From: Nitrosospira multiformis ATCC 25196
Lineage (GTDB): Bacteria; Pseudomonadota; Gammaproteobacteria; Burkholderiales; Nitrosomonadaceae
Assembly: GCF_000196355.1 (NCBI RefSeq)
Contig: NC_007614.1
Location: forward strand, 1,170,001 to 1,202,000
Length of the DNA: 32,000 bases
Direction of reading: 5' to 3'
Under the pieces are notes generated by a model that was not told where the DNA came from, made no database searches, and saw nothing but the letters and a program-made list of their open reading frames with translations. This document shows, one piece after another, positions 7,962 through 17,038 of this stretch. The position numbers and the translations under genes are program-made. The number at the start of each line of letters is the position of its first letter. Position 1 is the first letter of the stretch.

Positions 7962-10793
7962 GTGATGACGACCATTCATATCGACAATCGTCCCTATCCT
8001 GCCAAAGAGGGTGAGAATTTATTGCAGGAGTGCCTGTCGCTGGGATTCAACCTGCCTTATTTCTGCTGGCACCCTGCGCTCGGCTCGGTAGGCGCATGCC
8101 GCCAGTGCGCAATCAAGCAGTTCAAGAACGAGGAAGACAAGCACGGCAAGATTGTCATGGCGTGCATGACTGCTGCGAAAGACGGAATCCGGATTTCCAT
8201 CGATGATCCCGAAGCGCAGGAATTTCGCGCGAGTGTGGCGGAATGGCTGATGGTGAATCACCCGCACGATTGCCCGGTGTGTGACGAGGGCGGCGAATGC
8301 CATCTGCAGGACATGACGGTCATGAATGGGCATGTCTACCGCCGCTACCATGGCCGCAAGCGCACCTTCCACAACCAGGACCTCGGGCCGCTGGTCAACC
8401 ACGAGATGAATCGCTGCATACAATGCTATCGCTGCACGCGGTTTTATCGTGAGTATGCCGGCGGTCGGGACCTGGATGCACTGGTGCTGCGCAACCAGGT
8501 CTACTTCGGCCGCCATCAGGATGGCGTTCTCGAAAACGAGTTCAGCGGCAACCTGGTGGAGGTTTGCCCTACCGGGGTTTTTACTGACAAGACACTGAAG
8601 CGGCACTATACGCGCAAGTGGGATTTGCAAACGGCGCCCTCGGTGTGTGTCCACTGCGGGCTGGGTTGCAACACCATTCCCGGCGAGCGTTACGGCATGT
8701 TGCGGCGCATCCGCAACCGCTTCAACGGTGCGGTAAACGGTTATTTCCTGTGTGACCGCGGGCGCTACGGTTACGAGTTTGTCAACAGCAGGCGCCGGAT
8801 CAGGCAACCCCTGTTGCGTAAAAACAGAACCCAACCCCTGCAACCTGCCAGCAAGCGCGATGCACTTCAGCATCTGGGCGAAATGCTATCCGGCAGGGCT
8901 CGGGCGATCGGCATCGGTTCACCGCGCGCGTCACTCGAAGCCAATTTTGCGTTGCGCGCCCTCGTTGGAGGCGAGCGGTTTTATCTCGGAATATCTGAAA
9001 GGGATTCCCGCCTGCTTGCCTCCGTTCTGGATATTTTAAAGAAAGGCCCTGCCCGCACTCCCTCGTTGCATGAAGTGGAGTTGGCGGATGCGGTGCTGGT
9101 ATTGGGTGAGGATGTGGCCAATACTGCCCCGCGGCTCGGGCTGGCCCTGCGGCAGTCGGTGCGCCGGCAACCGGAAAAGATGGCAAAAAAAACGGGTATC
9201 CCGCTCTGGAATGATCACGCGGTGCGTGAGGCGATGCAGGAAGAGCATGGGCCATTGTTTATTGCCACCCTGGCGAATACCCGGCTCGATGATATTGCCA
9301 CCCGCACCTTCCGGGGGCCTCCCGCTGAATTAGCCCGGCTGGGTCTCGCAATAGCGCATGCGCTCGATCCGATTGCGCCGCAAGTACCGGGCTTATCCGA
9401 CACGGCACAAACATTGGCAGATGCAATTGCCGAAAAGCTGAAGGCAGCAGAGCGTCCCCTGGTCATTTCCGGCATAGGTTGCGGGGACAAGGCCATCGTC
9501 GAGGCAGCGGCCAATGTGACATGGGCGCTTTGCAATCTGGGCCGCCCTGCCGAGCTCTGCTACGTAGTTCCCGAATGTAACAGTCTGGGTGCCACGATGC
9601 TCGGCGGCGGCAGTCTCGAAACCGCACTGGAAGCGATGAATGATGCTGCTGCGGATATTCTCGTCATTCTCGAAAATGATCTTTATCGGCGGGCGGATGC
9701 TGCCTTGGTTGATCGGCTTCTCGCGGTCGCGCGGCACATCGTGATGATCGATCACATCGAGCATGCGACCAGCGCGAAGGCTGATGTGGTGCTGCCGGCA
9801 GCGGCCTTTGCCGAAGCCGATGGCACCCTTGTGAATAACGAAGGGCGGGCACAGCGGTTCTTTCAGGTATTTGTGCCCAAGGAGGAGATCGAAGGTGACA
9901 TCAGGGGCGATACTGCACGCGATATTCCCGGCGATATCCAGGAAAGCTGGCGCTGGATACGGGACATCATGCTTGCAGACCCCGGGGATGAAGGGCAGTG
10001 GTCAAGCCTGGATGATGTCACGGCTGCCTGCGCCGCAGCGATTCCCTCCCTGGAACCCATTTTACGCGCCGCCCCCTCGGCGGCTTTCCGCATGGATGGA
10101 CAGAAGATTCCGCGGGAGTCCCATCGTTATAGCGGGCGCACTGCCATGAACGCCAATGTAAGCATCCACGAACCCGAACAACCGCAGGACCCCGATACAG
10201 CCCTGGCATTTTCGATGGAAGGCTATCCTGGTCATCCTCCGCCGTCGCTTATTCCCCGGTTTTGGGCACCCGGCTGGAATTCAATACAGGCGTTAAACAA
10301 ATTCCAGGACGAAGTGGGGGGGGCGCTTTCCGGGGGCGATCCAGGCGAGCGCCTGATCGAGCCAATGCCCCAAGCGGGGAAAAAAGCCGCTTATTTTGAA
10401 AATATGCCCGCCGGCTTCGAGCCGCGCGCGGACGAATGGCTCCTGTTGCCGTTGCATCACATCTTTGGTTCGGAGGAGTTGAGCATCCTCGCGCCCGGCA
10501 TCGCCGAGCTCGGTGCCCAGCCCTATCTCGCGCTCAACCCGGAGGATGCGGATGCTCTCGAATTGGCTGCCGGGGATGAGGTGCAGTTGCGTTTGAAGGC
10601 GCAGGGGGATGCGCAGGTGGATGTTACGCGAGAGGACTCGGCGAACACCGCCGCCACCGAAATTTTCCGGCTGCCGCTGCGCTTCAAGCCTGAGCTGTTG
10701 CCCGGTACTGCGGGACTCCCTGTCGGCCTGACAGGTATGGGTCATCTTGCGGGAGTCGTCTTGCCGGCATGGGGCGAACTCAAGAAGGTGTAA
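7962..10793 (+). CDS. nuoG: NADH-quinone oxidoreductase subunit G
   Basis: Fe-S motifs are CWHPALGSVGACRQC, HPHDCPVCDEGGECHLQD, CIQCYRCTRF and CPTGVFTDK. The N-terminal ~270 aa are near-colinear with the recalled E. coli NuoG. The start is either the GTG at 7962 or the ATG at 7965. Confidence 0.95.
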   Translation: MMTTIHIDNRPYPAKEGENLLQECLSLGFNLPYFCWHPALGSVGACRQCAIKQFKNEEDKHGKIVMACMTAAKDGIRISIDDPEAQEFRASVAEWLMVNHPHDCPVCDEGGECHLQDMTVMNGHVYRRYHGRKRTFHNQDLGPLVNHEMNRCIQCYRCTRFYREYAGGRDLDALVLRNQVYFGRHQDGVLENEFSGNLVEVCPTGVFTDKTLKRHYTRKWDLQTAPSVCVHCGLGCNTIPGERYGMLRRIRNRFNGAVNGYFLCDRGRYGYEFVNSRRRIRQPLLRKNRTQPLQPASKRDALQHLGEMLSGRARAIGIGSPRASLEANFALRALVGGERFYLGISERDSRLLASVLDILKKGPARTPSLHEVELADAVLVLGEDVANTAPRLGLALRQSVRRQPEKMAKKTGIPLWNDHAVREAMQEEHGPLFIATLANTRLDDIATRTFRGPPAELARLGLAIAHALDPIAPQVPGLSDTAQTLADAIAEKLKAAERPLVISGIGCGDKAIVEAAANVTWALCNLGRPAELCYVVPECNSLGATMLGGGSLETALEAMNDAAADILVILENDLYRRADAALVDRLLAVARHIVMIDHIEHATSAKADVVLPAAAFAEADGTLVNNEGRAQRFFQVFVPKEEIEGDIRGDTARDIPGDIQESWRWIRDIMLADPGDEGQWSSLDDVTAACAAAIPSLEPILRAAPSAAFRMDGQKIPRESHRYSGRTAMNANVSIHEPEQPQDPDTALAFSMEGYPGHPPPSLIPRFWAPGWNSIQALNKFQDEVGGALSGGDPGERLIEPMPQAGKKAAYFENMPAGFEPRADEWLLLPLHHIFGSEELSILAPGIAELGAQPYLALNPEDADALELAAGDEVQLRLKAQGDAQVDVTREDSANTAATEIFRLPLRFKPELLPGTAGLPVGLTGMGHLAGVVLPAWGELKKV
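9894..9941 (+). repeat. In-frame 12-nt repeat, four copies, within nuoG (encodes GDIR-GDTA-RDIP-GDIQ)
   Basis: The four units are ggtgacatcagg, ggcgatactgca, cgcgatattccc and ggcgatatccag. They sit where the recalled E. coli NuoG has a shorter, unrelated segment. Confidence 0.7.
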
Positions 10794-10883
10794 AGGGGAA
10801 AGGTGGGGAAGGGAAAGCAAATGGAAGGATAGATAGAGGAAAGAAGCCACGAATGGATTTAGCCATGAGTAGTGGAGTCAGCC

Positions 10884-11837
10884 ATGAATGAGTGGACCCC
10901 CATCTGGGTGAACCTGATTTTGATCCTGGCCGTCTTGTTTGCTTTCGCGGCGATGCTGTCCTGGATCGAGCGCCGCCTGCTCGGCTTGTGGCAGGATCGC
11001 TATGGGCCCAACCGAGTAGGGCCGTTCGGGGTTCTGCAAATTGTCGCCGATTCGATCAAGCTTCTTACCAAGGAGGACTGGATACCTCCCTTTGCAGATA
11101 GGGCGGTGTTCGTGCTGGCGCCGGCAATCGTTGCCGTCACCACGCTGCTTGCGTTTGCCGTCGTACCCATTGCGCCCGGCATCGGCGTGGTCGATCTGAA
11201 CATCGGAGTTTTGTTTTTTCTTGCCATGTCTTCGCTGGGCGTCTATAGCATCGTGCTGGGCGGATGGGCGTCCAACAGCAAATATCCGCTGCTCGGGGGA
11301 TTGCGCGCCGCCGCCCAGATGTTGAGCTACGAGGTCTTCATGGGCTTGGCGCTCATGGGTGTTGTCATGCTTGCAGGTTCATTCAACCTGCGCGATATCG
11401 TTGCCGCGCAGGAAAACCTCTGGTTCTGCATTCCCCAGATCCTGGGCTTGGCAACTTTTGCCGTTGCCGGCATTGCTGAGGCGCGCAGGCTGCCTTTCGA
11501 TCTGCCCGAGTCGGAGAACGAACTGGTCGCAGGCTTTCATACCGAATATTCCAGCATGAAGTTCGGGCTGTTTTTCATTGGCGAATACGTCGGGATCACC
11601 CTTATCTCAGCAATGATCGTCACATTATTCTTCGGGGGGTGGCTGGGACCCGTGCTGCCTCCACTCGCCTGGTTTCTGCTCAAGACTTTTATCGTCATCA
11701 TCTGCTTCGTCCTGCTGCGGGCGGCATTGCCACGCCCCCGTTACGATCAGCTGATGACCTACGGCTGGAAAGTCATGCTGCCAGTCACGCTGGTCAATTT
11801 GTTGCTCACCGGCGCAGTCGTATTGTCAGTGGCATAA
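10884..11837 (+). CDS. nuoH: NADH-quinone oxidoreductase subunit H
   Basis: Contains [21 protein letters not shown] and the [28 protein letters not shown] block. I preferred the ATG at 10884 (GGAG 6 nt upstream) over the GTG at 10872. Confidence 0.95.
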   Translation: MNEWTPIWVNLILILAVLFAFAAMLSWIERRLLGLWQDRYGPNRVGPFGVLQIVADSIKLLTKEDWIPPFADRAVFVLAPAIVAVTTLLAFAVVPIAPGIGVVDLNIGVLFFLAMSSLGVYSIVLGGWASNSKYPLLGGLRAAAQMLSYEVFMGLALMGVVMLAGSFNLRDIVAAQENLWFCIPQILGLATFAVAGIAEARRLPFDLPESENELVAGFHTEYSSMKFGLFFIGEYVGITLISAMIVTLFFGGWLGPVLPPLAWFLLKTFIVIICFVLLRAALPRPRYDQLMTYGWKVMLPVTLVNLLLTGAVVLSVA

Positions 11838-11864
11838 CTGCTCATATAGCTTCGGGAGAAGATT

Positions 11865-12380
11865 ATGTGGAATTCTCTGAAGACAATGTGGATCGTTTTT
11901 CTGCACATGTTCCGCCGCCGGGTAACCATTCAATACCCCGACGAAATGCCTAATATCCCGCCGCGCTGGCGCGGACGCATCATTCTGAGCCGCGATCCGG
12001 ATGGTGAGGAGCGCTGCGTCGCATGCTACCTCTGCGCGGCAGCCTGTCCAGTGGATTGCATCGCGCTTCAGGCCACCGAAGATGAACACGAACGCCGTTA
12101 CCCCGAGTTCTTTCGCATCAATTTTTCGCGCTGCATTTTTTGTGGATTTTGCGAAGAAGCCTGTCCTACCGACGCAATCCAGCTTACGCCGGACTTTGAA
12201 ATGGGCGAATACAACCGGAAAAACCTGGTGTATGAAAAAGAGGATCTGTTGATCGATGGTACCGGCAAATACCCCGGCTATAACTTCTATCGGGTGGCGG
12301 GAGTCGCAATCGGAGGAAAAAACAAGGGCGGGGCCGAGAATGAAGCTCCTCCGGTAGACCCGCATTCGCTGCTGCCTTGA
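11865..12380 (+). CDS. nuoI: NADH-quinone oxidoreductase subunit I (2x4Fe-4S ferredoxin)
   Basis: Carries two CxxCxxCxxxCP motifs ([12 protein letters not shown] and [12 protein letters not shown]). It is highly similar to the recalled E. coli NuoI through to the C-terminal SLLP. Confidence 0.95.
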   Translation: MWNSLKTMWIVFLHMFRRRVTIQYPDEMPNIPPRWRGRIILSRDPDGEERCVACYLCAAACPVDCIALQATEDEHERRYPEFFRINFSRCIFCGFCEEACPTDAIQLTPDFEMGEYNRKNLVYEKEDLLIDGTGKYPGYNFYRVAGVAIGGKNKGGAENEAPPVDPHSLLP

Positions 12381-12414
12381 TCCGTACCTTTGATTACTGA
12401 TTCAGGAGGAGGTT

Positions 12415-12981
12415 ATGGAAGCGACATTCTATTTGTCCGGGGCGGTTGCGGTCGCAGCCACCCTGATGGTCGTTACGCGGGCGAGCGCCGTACATGCATT
12501 GCTCTACCTGATCGTGTCCCTGCTTGCCGTGGCGATCATCTTTTTTGTGCTGGGGGCTCCGTTTGCCGCCGCATTGGAGGTCATCATTTACGCAGGCGCT
12601 GTCATGGTGCTGTTCGTGTTCGTGATCATGATGCTCAACCTCGGCAAAGCCGCTGCGGTCAAGGAACGGGAATGGTTGAGCCCCGGCATGTGGGTGGGGC
12701 CCTCCATACTGTCGGCATTGCTCCTGGCAGAACTGATTTATATCCTTGTCCAGAATATACAGGATGTGCAGGGCGTATATGATGGCACTGCGATCTCCAC
12801 CAGGGCGGTGGTCGATTCGAAAGAAATTGGCATCGCGCTCTTCGGGCCTTATCTCCTCGGTGTCGAGCTGGCATCGCTCCTGCTGCTGGCGGGATTGGTC
12901 GGCGCCTGTCATCTCGGCTGGCACACCGGGATGCGGTCCGGTACGCATTCGGCATCCCGTTCGGACGGAGTGCGGTCATGA
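12415..12981 (+). CDS. nuoJ: NADH-quinone oxidoreductase subunit J
   Basis: Contains [16 protein letters not shown] and [32 protein letters not shown] lies upstream of the ATG. Confidence 0.95.
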   Translation: MEATFYLSGAVAVAATLMVVTRASAVHALLYLIVSLLAVAIIFFVLGAPFAAALEVIIYAGAVMVLFVFVIMMLNLGKAAAVKEREWLSPGMWVGPSILSALLLAELIYILVQNIQDVQGVYDGTAISTRAVVDSKEIGIALFGPYLLGVELASLLLLAGLVGACHLGWHTGMRSGTHSASRSDGVRS

Positions 12982-13325
12982 TTACGTCTGAGACTGCATC
13001 CGTCGCTACCGCGACCGTGGCCGCCATTCCCATGCATCATGGCCTGCTGCTGGCTGCAATCCTCTTCGCGCTGGGAATGATCGGCATTCTTGTACGGCGC
13101 AACCTGATTTTTATCCTGATGTCGATCGAGATCATGCTGAATGCCGCTGGGCTTGCCTTCGTGGTGGCCGGTTCACACTGGACGCAGGCCGACGGGCAGG
13201 TGATGTTCATCTTTATCCTGTCAGTGGCGGCGGCCGAAGTCTCTGTTGGCCTGGCATTGCTGCTGCTGTTGCACCGCCGCTTCCAGACACTGGACGCCGA
13301 TGCGGTAAGCAAGATGCGGGGATGA
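12978..13325 (+). CDS. nuoK: NADH-quinone oxidoreductase subunit K
   Basis: Contains [26 protein letters not shown] and [24 protein letters not shown]. The ATG at 12978 overlaps the nuoJ stop (ATGA), giving 115 aa. The ATG at 13032 (MHHGLLL..., 97 aa) would match the recalled 100-aa E. coli NuoK better, so the start is ambiguous. Confidence 0.92.
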   Translation: MITSETASVATATVAAIPMHHGLLLAAILFALGMIGILVRRNLIFILMSIEIMLNAAGLAFVVAGSHWTQADGQVMFIFILSVAAAEVSVGLALLLLLHRRFQTLDADAVSKMRG

Positions 13326-13565
13326 TCCTAAGCCCGGCGGTTGGACAGGGAGGGAGTATGTTTTTTTGGGATTGCAGGGCAAGGCGCAACGACGCGGAAT
13401 GGCTATTCCATTCCAAGGAGTTGCAACGCAGCCATGTACCGCAAAAAAGCATAATCTGCCCTGGAGCAAACTCACCAAAAAAGGTAAAGATCAAGTGTCG
13501 TAAAAAAATTTTGTAATCAGGGTGGTAACTGAAAATGAGCGATCAACTGCCAGGTTTAGGATAAT

Positions 13566-15554
13566 ATGCTGTCCCTGCTCTGGCTCATCCCCACGCTGCC
13601 TCTAGCCGGTTTCCTGCTGCTGGTGCTGGGTGGAAACCATCTGGGGCACCGCAGTATTGCGATGATTGGGACAGGATCGGTGGCGCTCTCGGCACTCGTT
13701 GCCATCCTGATCGGGATCGATTTCATCACTGCGCCGCCACCGGGTTTTGTTTTCCGGCAGGAAGCATGGACCTGGATCGCTGTGGCCGGTTTCTCGCCAG
13801 GGATTGTTTTTTATCTTGACGCGTTATCGCTGGTGATGGTCGTGGTCGTGACTGTCATCAGTTTCCTGATACACCTCTATTCCACAGAGTTCATGAGCGG
13901 CGATGAGGGCTATGCCCGCTTTTTCGCCTATATGAATCTCTTCGTCGGCTCGATGTGCATCCTGGTTCTTGCCGACAACCTGCTGTTTCTTTACCTGGGC
14001 TGGGAAGGAGTGGGACTTTGCAGCTACCTGCTGATCGGATTCTGGTATCGCGATCCTGCCAACGGGCGCGCGGCACGCAAAGCATTTATCGTGACCCGGG
14101 TCGGCGATACCGCCATGGCGATCGGCTTTTTTCTGCTGTTCACTCATCTGGGAACCCTTGATATCCAGCCGTTGATGCAGCGGGCGACGCAGGAGTGGCC
14201 GGTGGGGTCGGAACTCGCTATTCTCGCTGCAGCGCTTCTGCTTGGCGGTGCGGCAGGCAAATCTGCCCAACTCCCGCTACAGACGTGGCTGCCGGACGCA
14301 ATGGCCGGCCCCACGCCGGTGAGCGCGCTGATGCATGCGGCGACCATGGTAACGGCAGGCGTATATCTGATTGCCCGCACGCACGCGCTCTTTGTGCTTG
14401 CGCCGGCAGTGCAGTTCGCGGTAGCAGCGGTCGGCGCGCTTACCCTGCTGCTGGCCGGGTTCAGCGCGCTCGCACAAAACGACATCAAGCGGGTACTGGC
14501 CTATTCGACCATCAGCCAGCTAGGTTATATGTTCCTTGCCCTGGGAGTAGGGGCTTGGTCAGCCGCCATCTTTCACCTCGTGACGCACGCTTTCTTCAAG
14601 GCTCTGCTGTTCCTGAGCGCGGGCGTGGTCATCATGAGCCTGCACGAGGAACATGATATTTTCCGGATGGGTGCATTGAGGAAAAAACTCCCCGTCACTT
14701 TCTGGACCTTTCTGATTGGCAGCGCCTCGCTTGCGGCACTGCCGCTCGTTACCGCGGGCTTCTATAGCAAGGATCTGATTCTTTGGCAGGCCTGGTCGTC
14801 GAGAGGAGGGAATCCATGGTTATGGGCCGCGGGATGGGGAGGTGCAATATTGACGGGCCTCTACATCTTTCGCGTAGTGTTTCTCGTCTTTTTTGGCGAA
14901 GCGAGGACTGTGGCGCCCCCCGAAATCCGCCGGCCAGGGCGGCGCATAACTGTACCGCTCATCGTTCTTGCAGCCTTTTCTGTGGTTGGCGGATGGATCG
15001 AAACTCCATCTTTTCTCGGAAATTTAACGCTGTTTTCCGATTTCATTCAGCATGCCCTGCCGCCGACTCAGGTTGTTCATGACAGTAAAAATGACGAAAT
15101 CGTTCTGGAACTGCTCGCAATTGCTGCCTCTCTTGGCAGCATTGCGCTGGCGTACCTGCTGTTTTTGAGATATCCCGCCTTTCTCCATGGACTGATGCTG
15201 GTCCCGGCATTAGCAAGCATCCGGAAGCTCTGGCATTTTGGCTGGGGTTTCGACAGTTTTTATGAGTTCCTGTTCGTCCGGCCCTATCTCTGGCTTGCCC
15301 ACGCCGATCAGCGTGACGTGATCGACGATCTCTACCGCATGTCCTTTTCATGCACACTCAGGTGTCTCCAGAAGATCAATCGGCACGACCTGATCGACAA
15401 TCTCTACAGCGGCCTGGCTGGGCTTTGTCTGTTTTTCCATCGCACCTTGAGTGCAACGCAAAGCGGACAGGTACGCCGCTACGCGGCAGCGATTGCCGCC
15501 GGATCGATCGGCATTATATTCGTGGGGGTATTCGCATGGTCCTCGCTGCATTGA
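13566..15554 (+). CDS. nuoL: NADH-quinone oxidoreductase subunit L (antiporter-like, with lateral helix)
   Basis: A 662-aa protein containing LYLGWEGVGLCSYLLIGFWY, GKSAQLPLQTWLPDAMAGPTPVSALMHAATMVTAGVYL and the C-terminal GFDSFYEFLFVRP...QSGQVRRYAAAIA...TM16 region. It is about 49 aa longer than the recalled 613-aa E. coli NuoL. Confidence 0.95.
   Translation: MLSLLWLIPTLPLAGFLLLVLGGNHLGHRSIAMIGTGSVALSALVAILIGIDFITAPPPGFVFRQEAWTWIAVAGFSPGIVFYLDALSLVMVVVVTVISFLIHLYSTEFMSGDEGYARFFAYMNLFVGSMCILVLADNLLFLYLGWEGVGLCSYLLIGFWYRDPANGRAARKAFIVTRVGDTAMAIGFFLLFTHLGTLDIQPLMQRATQEWPVGSELAILAAALLLGGAAGKSAQLPLQTWLPDAMAGPTPVSALMHAATMVTAGVYLIARTHALFVLAPAVQFAVAAVGALTLLLAGFSALAQNDIKRVLAYSTISQLGYMFLALGVGAWSAAIFHLVTHAFFKALLFLSAGVVIMSLHEEHDIFRMGALRKKLPVTFWTFLIGSASLAALPLVTAGFYSKDLILWQAWSSRGGNPWLWAAGWGGAILTGLYIFRVVFLVFFGEARTVAPPEIRRPGRRITVPLIVLAAFSVVGGWIETPSFLGNLTLFSDFIQHALPPTQVVHDSKNDEIVLELLAIAASLGSIALAYLLFLRYPAFLHGLMLVPALASIRKLWHFGWGFDSFYEFLFVRPYLWLAHADQRDVIDDLYRMSFSCTLRCLQKINRHDLIDNLYSGLAGLCLFFHRTLSATQSGQVRRYAAAIAAGSIGIIFVGVFAWSSLH
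15312..15410 (+). repeat. Diverged tandem duplication with a 72-nt period inside the nuoL lateral-helix region
   Basis: cgtgacgtgatcgacgatctctaccgc (15312-15338, RDVIDDLYR) matches cacgacctgatcgacaatctctacagc (15384-15410, HDLIDNLYS) at 22 of 27 nt. The two copies are in the same reading frame, exactly 24 codons apart. Confidence 0.75.
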
Positions 15555-17038
15555 TTTTCATCCCAATATCGGGCGGTTTGCTCGCATGGATGGCGGACCG
15601 GTGGCAGCCGGGTGCGGCAAAGTGGGTCGCCTTGGTCACGGCGGGTATCGAGTTCGTATTGACGATGGGACTTTGGCTGCAGTCTGCCAGCGCTATGGCT
15701 CTTCCCGCTCACGGGGGGTGGCTTGTCGAGACCCGGGCGGAATGGATTCCGCGTTTCGGAGTGAGCTTTCATCTGGCCGTGGATGGAACAAGCCTCATCC
15801 TGGTCGTGCTGACCGCTTTTCTGGGGATAGTATCGGTGGCATGTTCCTGGACGGAAATCCAGAAGCGTGTCGGATTCTTTTACTTCAACCTGCTATGGAC
15901 TGTGGCAGGGGCGATCGGTGTATTCCTTGCGCTGGACCTGTTTCTGTTTTTCTTCTTTTGGGAGCTGATGCTGGTGCCGATGTATTTCCTGATCGGGATC
16001 TGGGGCCATGAGAATCGGCAGTATGCATCGATCAAGTTCTTCATTTTCGCGCAGGGGAGCGGCATGTTCATGCTGGTGGCAATTCTTGCGCTGGTATTCG
16101 TTCATTACCGCGGTACTGGAGTCCTGACATTCGATTATTTCGATCTGCTGAATGCCACCCTCTCTCCCTCCACCGAGTTGTGGATCATGCTCGGCTTTTT
16201 CATTGCGTTCGCAGTCAAGACCCCCATCGTGCCATTTCACACCTGGCTGCCGGATGCACATACCGAGGCGCCGACAGCAGGAAGCGTGATTCTTGCAGGA
16301 GTGCTGCTGAAAACAGGAGCCTACGGACTATTGCGTTTTATTGTTCCGCTATTTCCCGAGGCCGCGGCGTATTTTGCTCCGGTGGCGATGGTGCTGGGAG
16401 CAACCGGGGTTCTCTATGGCGCTTTCCTGGCGTTCGCCCAGACGGATTTCAAGCGCCTCGTGGCCTACACCAGCGTGAGTCACCTGGGGTTTGCAGTGCT
16501 CGGGATATTCGCCTGGAATCCCTGGTCGCTTGGGGGAGCCGTGATGCAGATGATCGCGCACGGCATCAGTACGGGGGCACTGTTTGTAATCGCTGGCATT
16601 TTGCAGGAGCGGACCCACACACGCGATATGCAGCGCTTTGAAGGCCTGTGGAGCGTCATGCCGCGCCTGGCGGCAATGGGATTGTTTTTTGCCATTGCCG
16701 CGCTTGGGCTGCCGGGAATGGGAAACTTCGTCGGGGAATTCCTGGTACTGATGGGATTATCCAGCAGCAGCAGCGTGCTGGCGTCCGCGGCGACCGTGGT
16801 ATTTGTCGCCAGTGTCGTATATGCGCTTGCGCTGGTGCAGAAAACTTTTCATGGCGAGAACAAGCATGGTTGGCAACTACATGATCTGTCAGGCCGTGAA
16901 ATGGCAACCCTGTTCTCAATGGCAGCCATTACCCTATGGCTGGGCCTGTATCCCCAGCCGGTCCTGAATGCCGCGCCAAACCCCGCAAACAGTCCGCCTG
17001 CGATTGCTGTTGCCCACCATGAGGTCAATGTGGAATGA
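15536..17038 (+). CDS. nuoM: NADH-quinone oxidoreductase subunit M
   Basis: Contains FFFFWELMLVPMYFLIGIWG and KTPIVPFHTWLPDAHTEAPTAGSVILAGVLLKTGAYG. I chose the ATG at 15536 (MVLAALIFIP...). The ORF-track start at 15350 lies inside nuoL. Confidence 0.95.
   Translation: MVLAALIFIPISGGLLAWMADRWQPGAAKWVALVTAGIEFVLTMGLWLQSASAMALPAHGGWLVETRAEWIPRFGVSFHLAVDGTSLILVVLTAFLGIVSVACSWTEIQKRVGFFYFNLLWTVAGAIGVFLALDLFLFFFFWELMLVPMYFLIGIWGHENRQYASIKFFIFAQGSGMFMLVAILALVFVHYRGTGVLTFDYFDLLNATLSPSTELWIMLGFFIAFAVKTPIVPFHTWLPDAHTEAPTAGSVILAGVLLKTGAYGLLRFIVPLFPEAAAYFAPVAMVLGATGVLYGAFLAFAQTDFKRLVAYTSVSHLGFAVLGIFAWNPWSLGGAVMQMIAHGISTGALFVIAGILQERTHTRDMQRFEGLWSVMPRLAAMGLFFAIAALGLPGMGNFVGEFLVLMGLSSSSSVLASAATVVFVASVVYALALVQKTFHGENKHGWQLHDLSGREMATLFSMAAITLWLGLYPQPVLNAAPNPANSPPAIAVAHHEVNVE

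Noticed and set aside
9903-9911. RGD tripeptide in the NuoG repeat, considered as a functional motif.
   Set aside because: NuoG is a cytoplasmic peripheral-arm subunit. A three-residue motif inside a slippage repeat is expected by chance.
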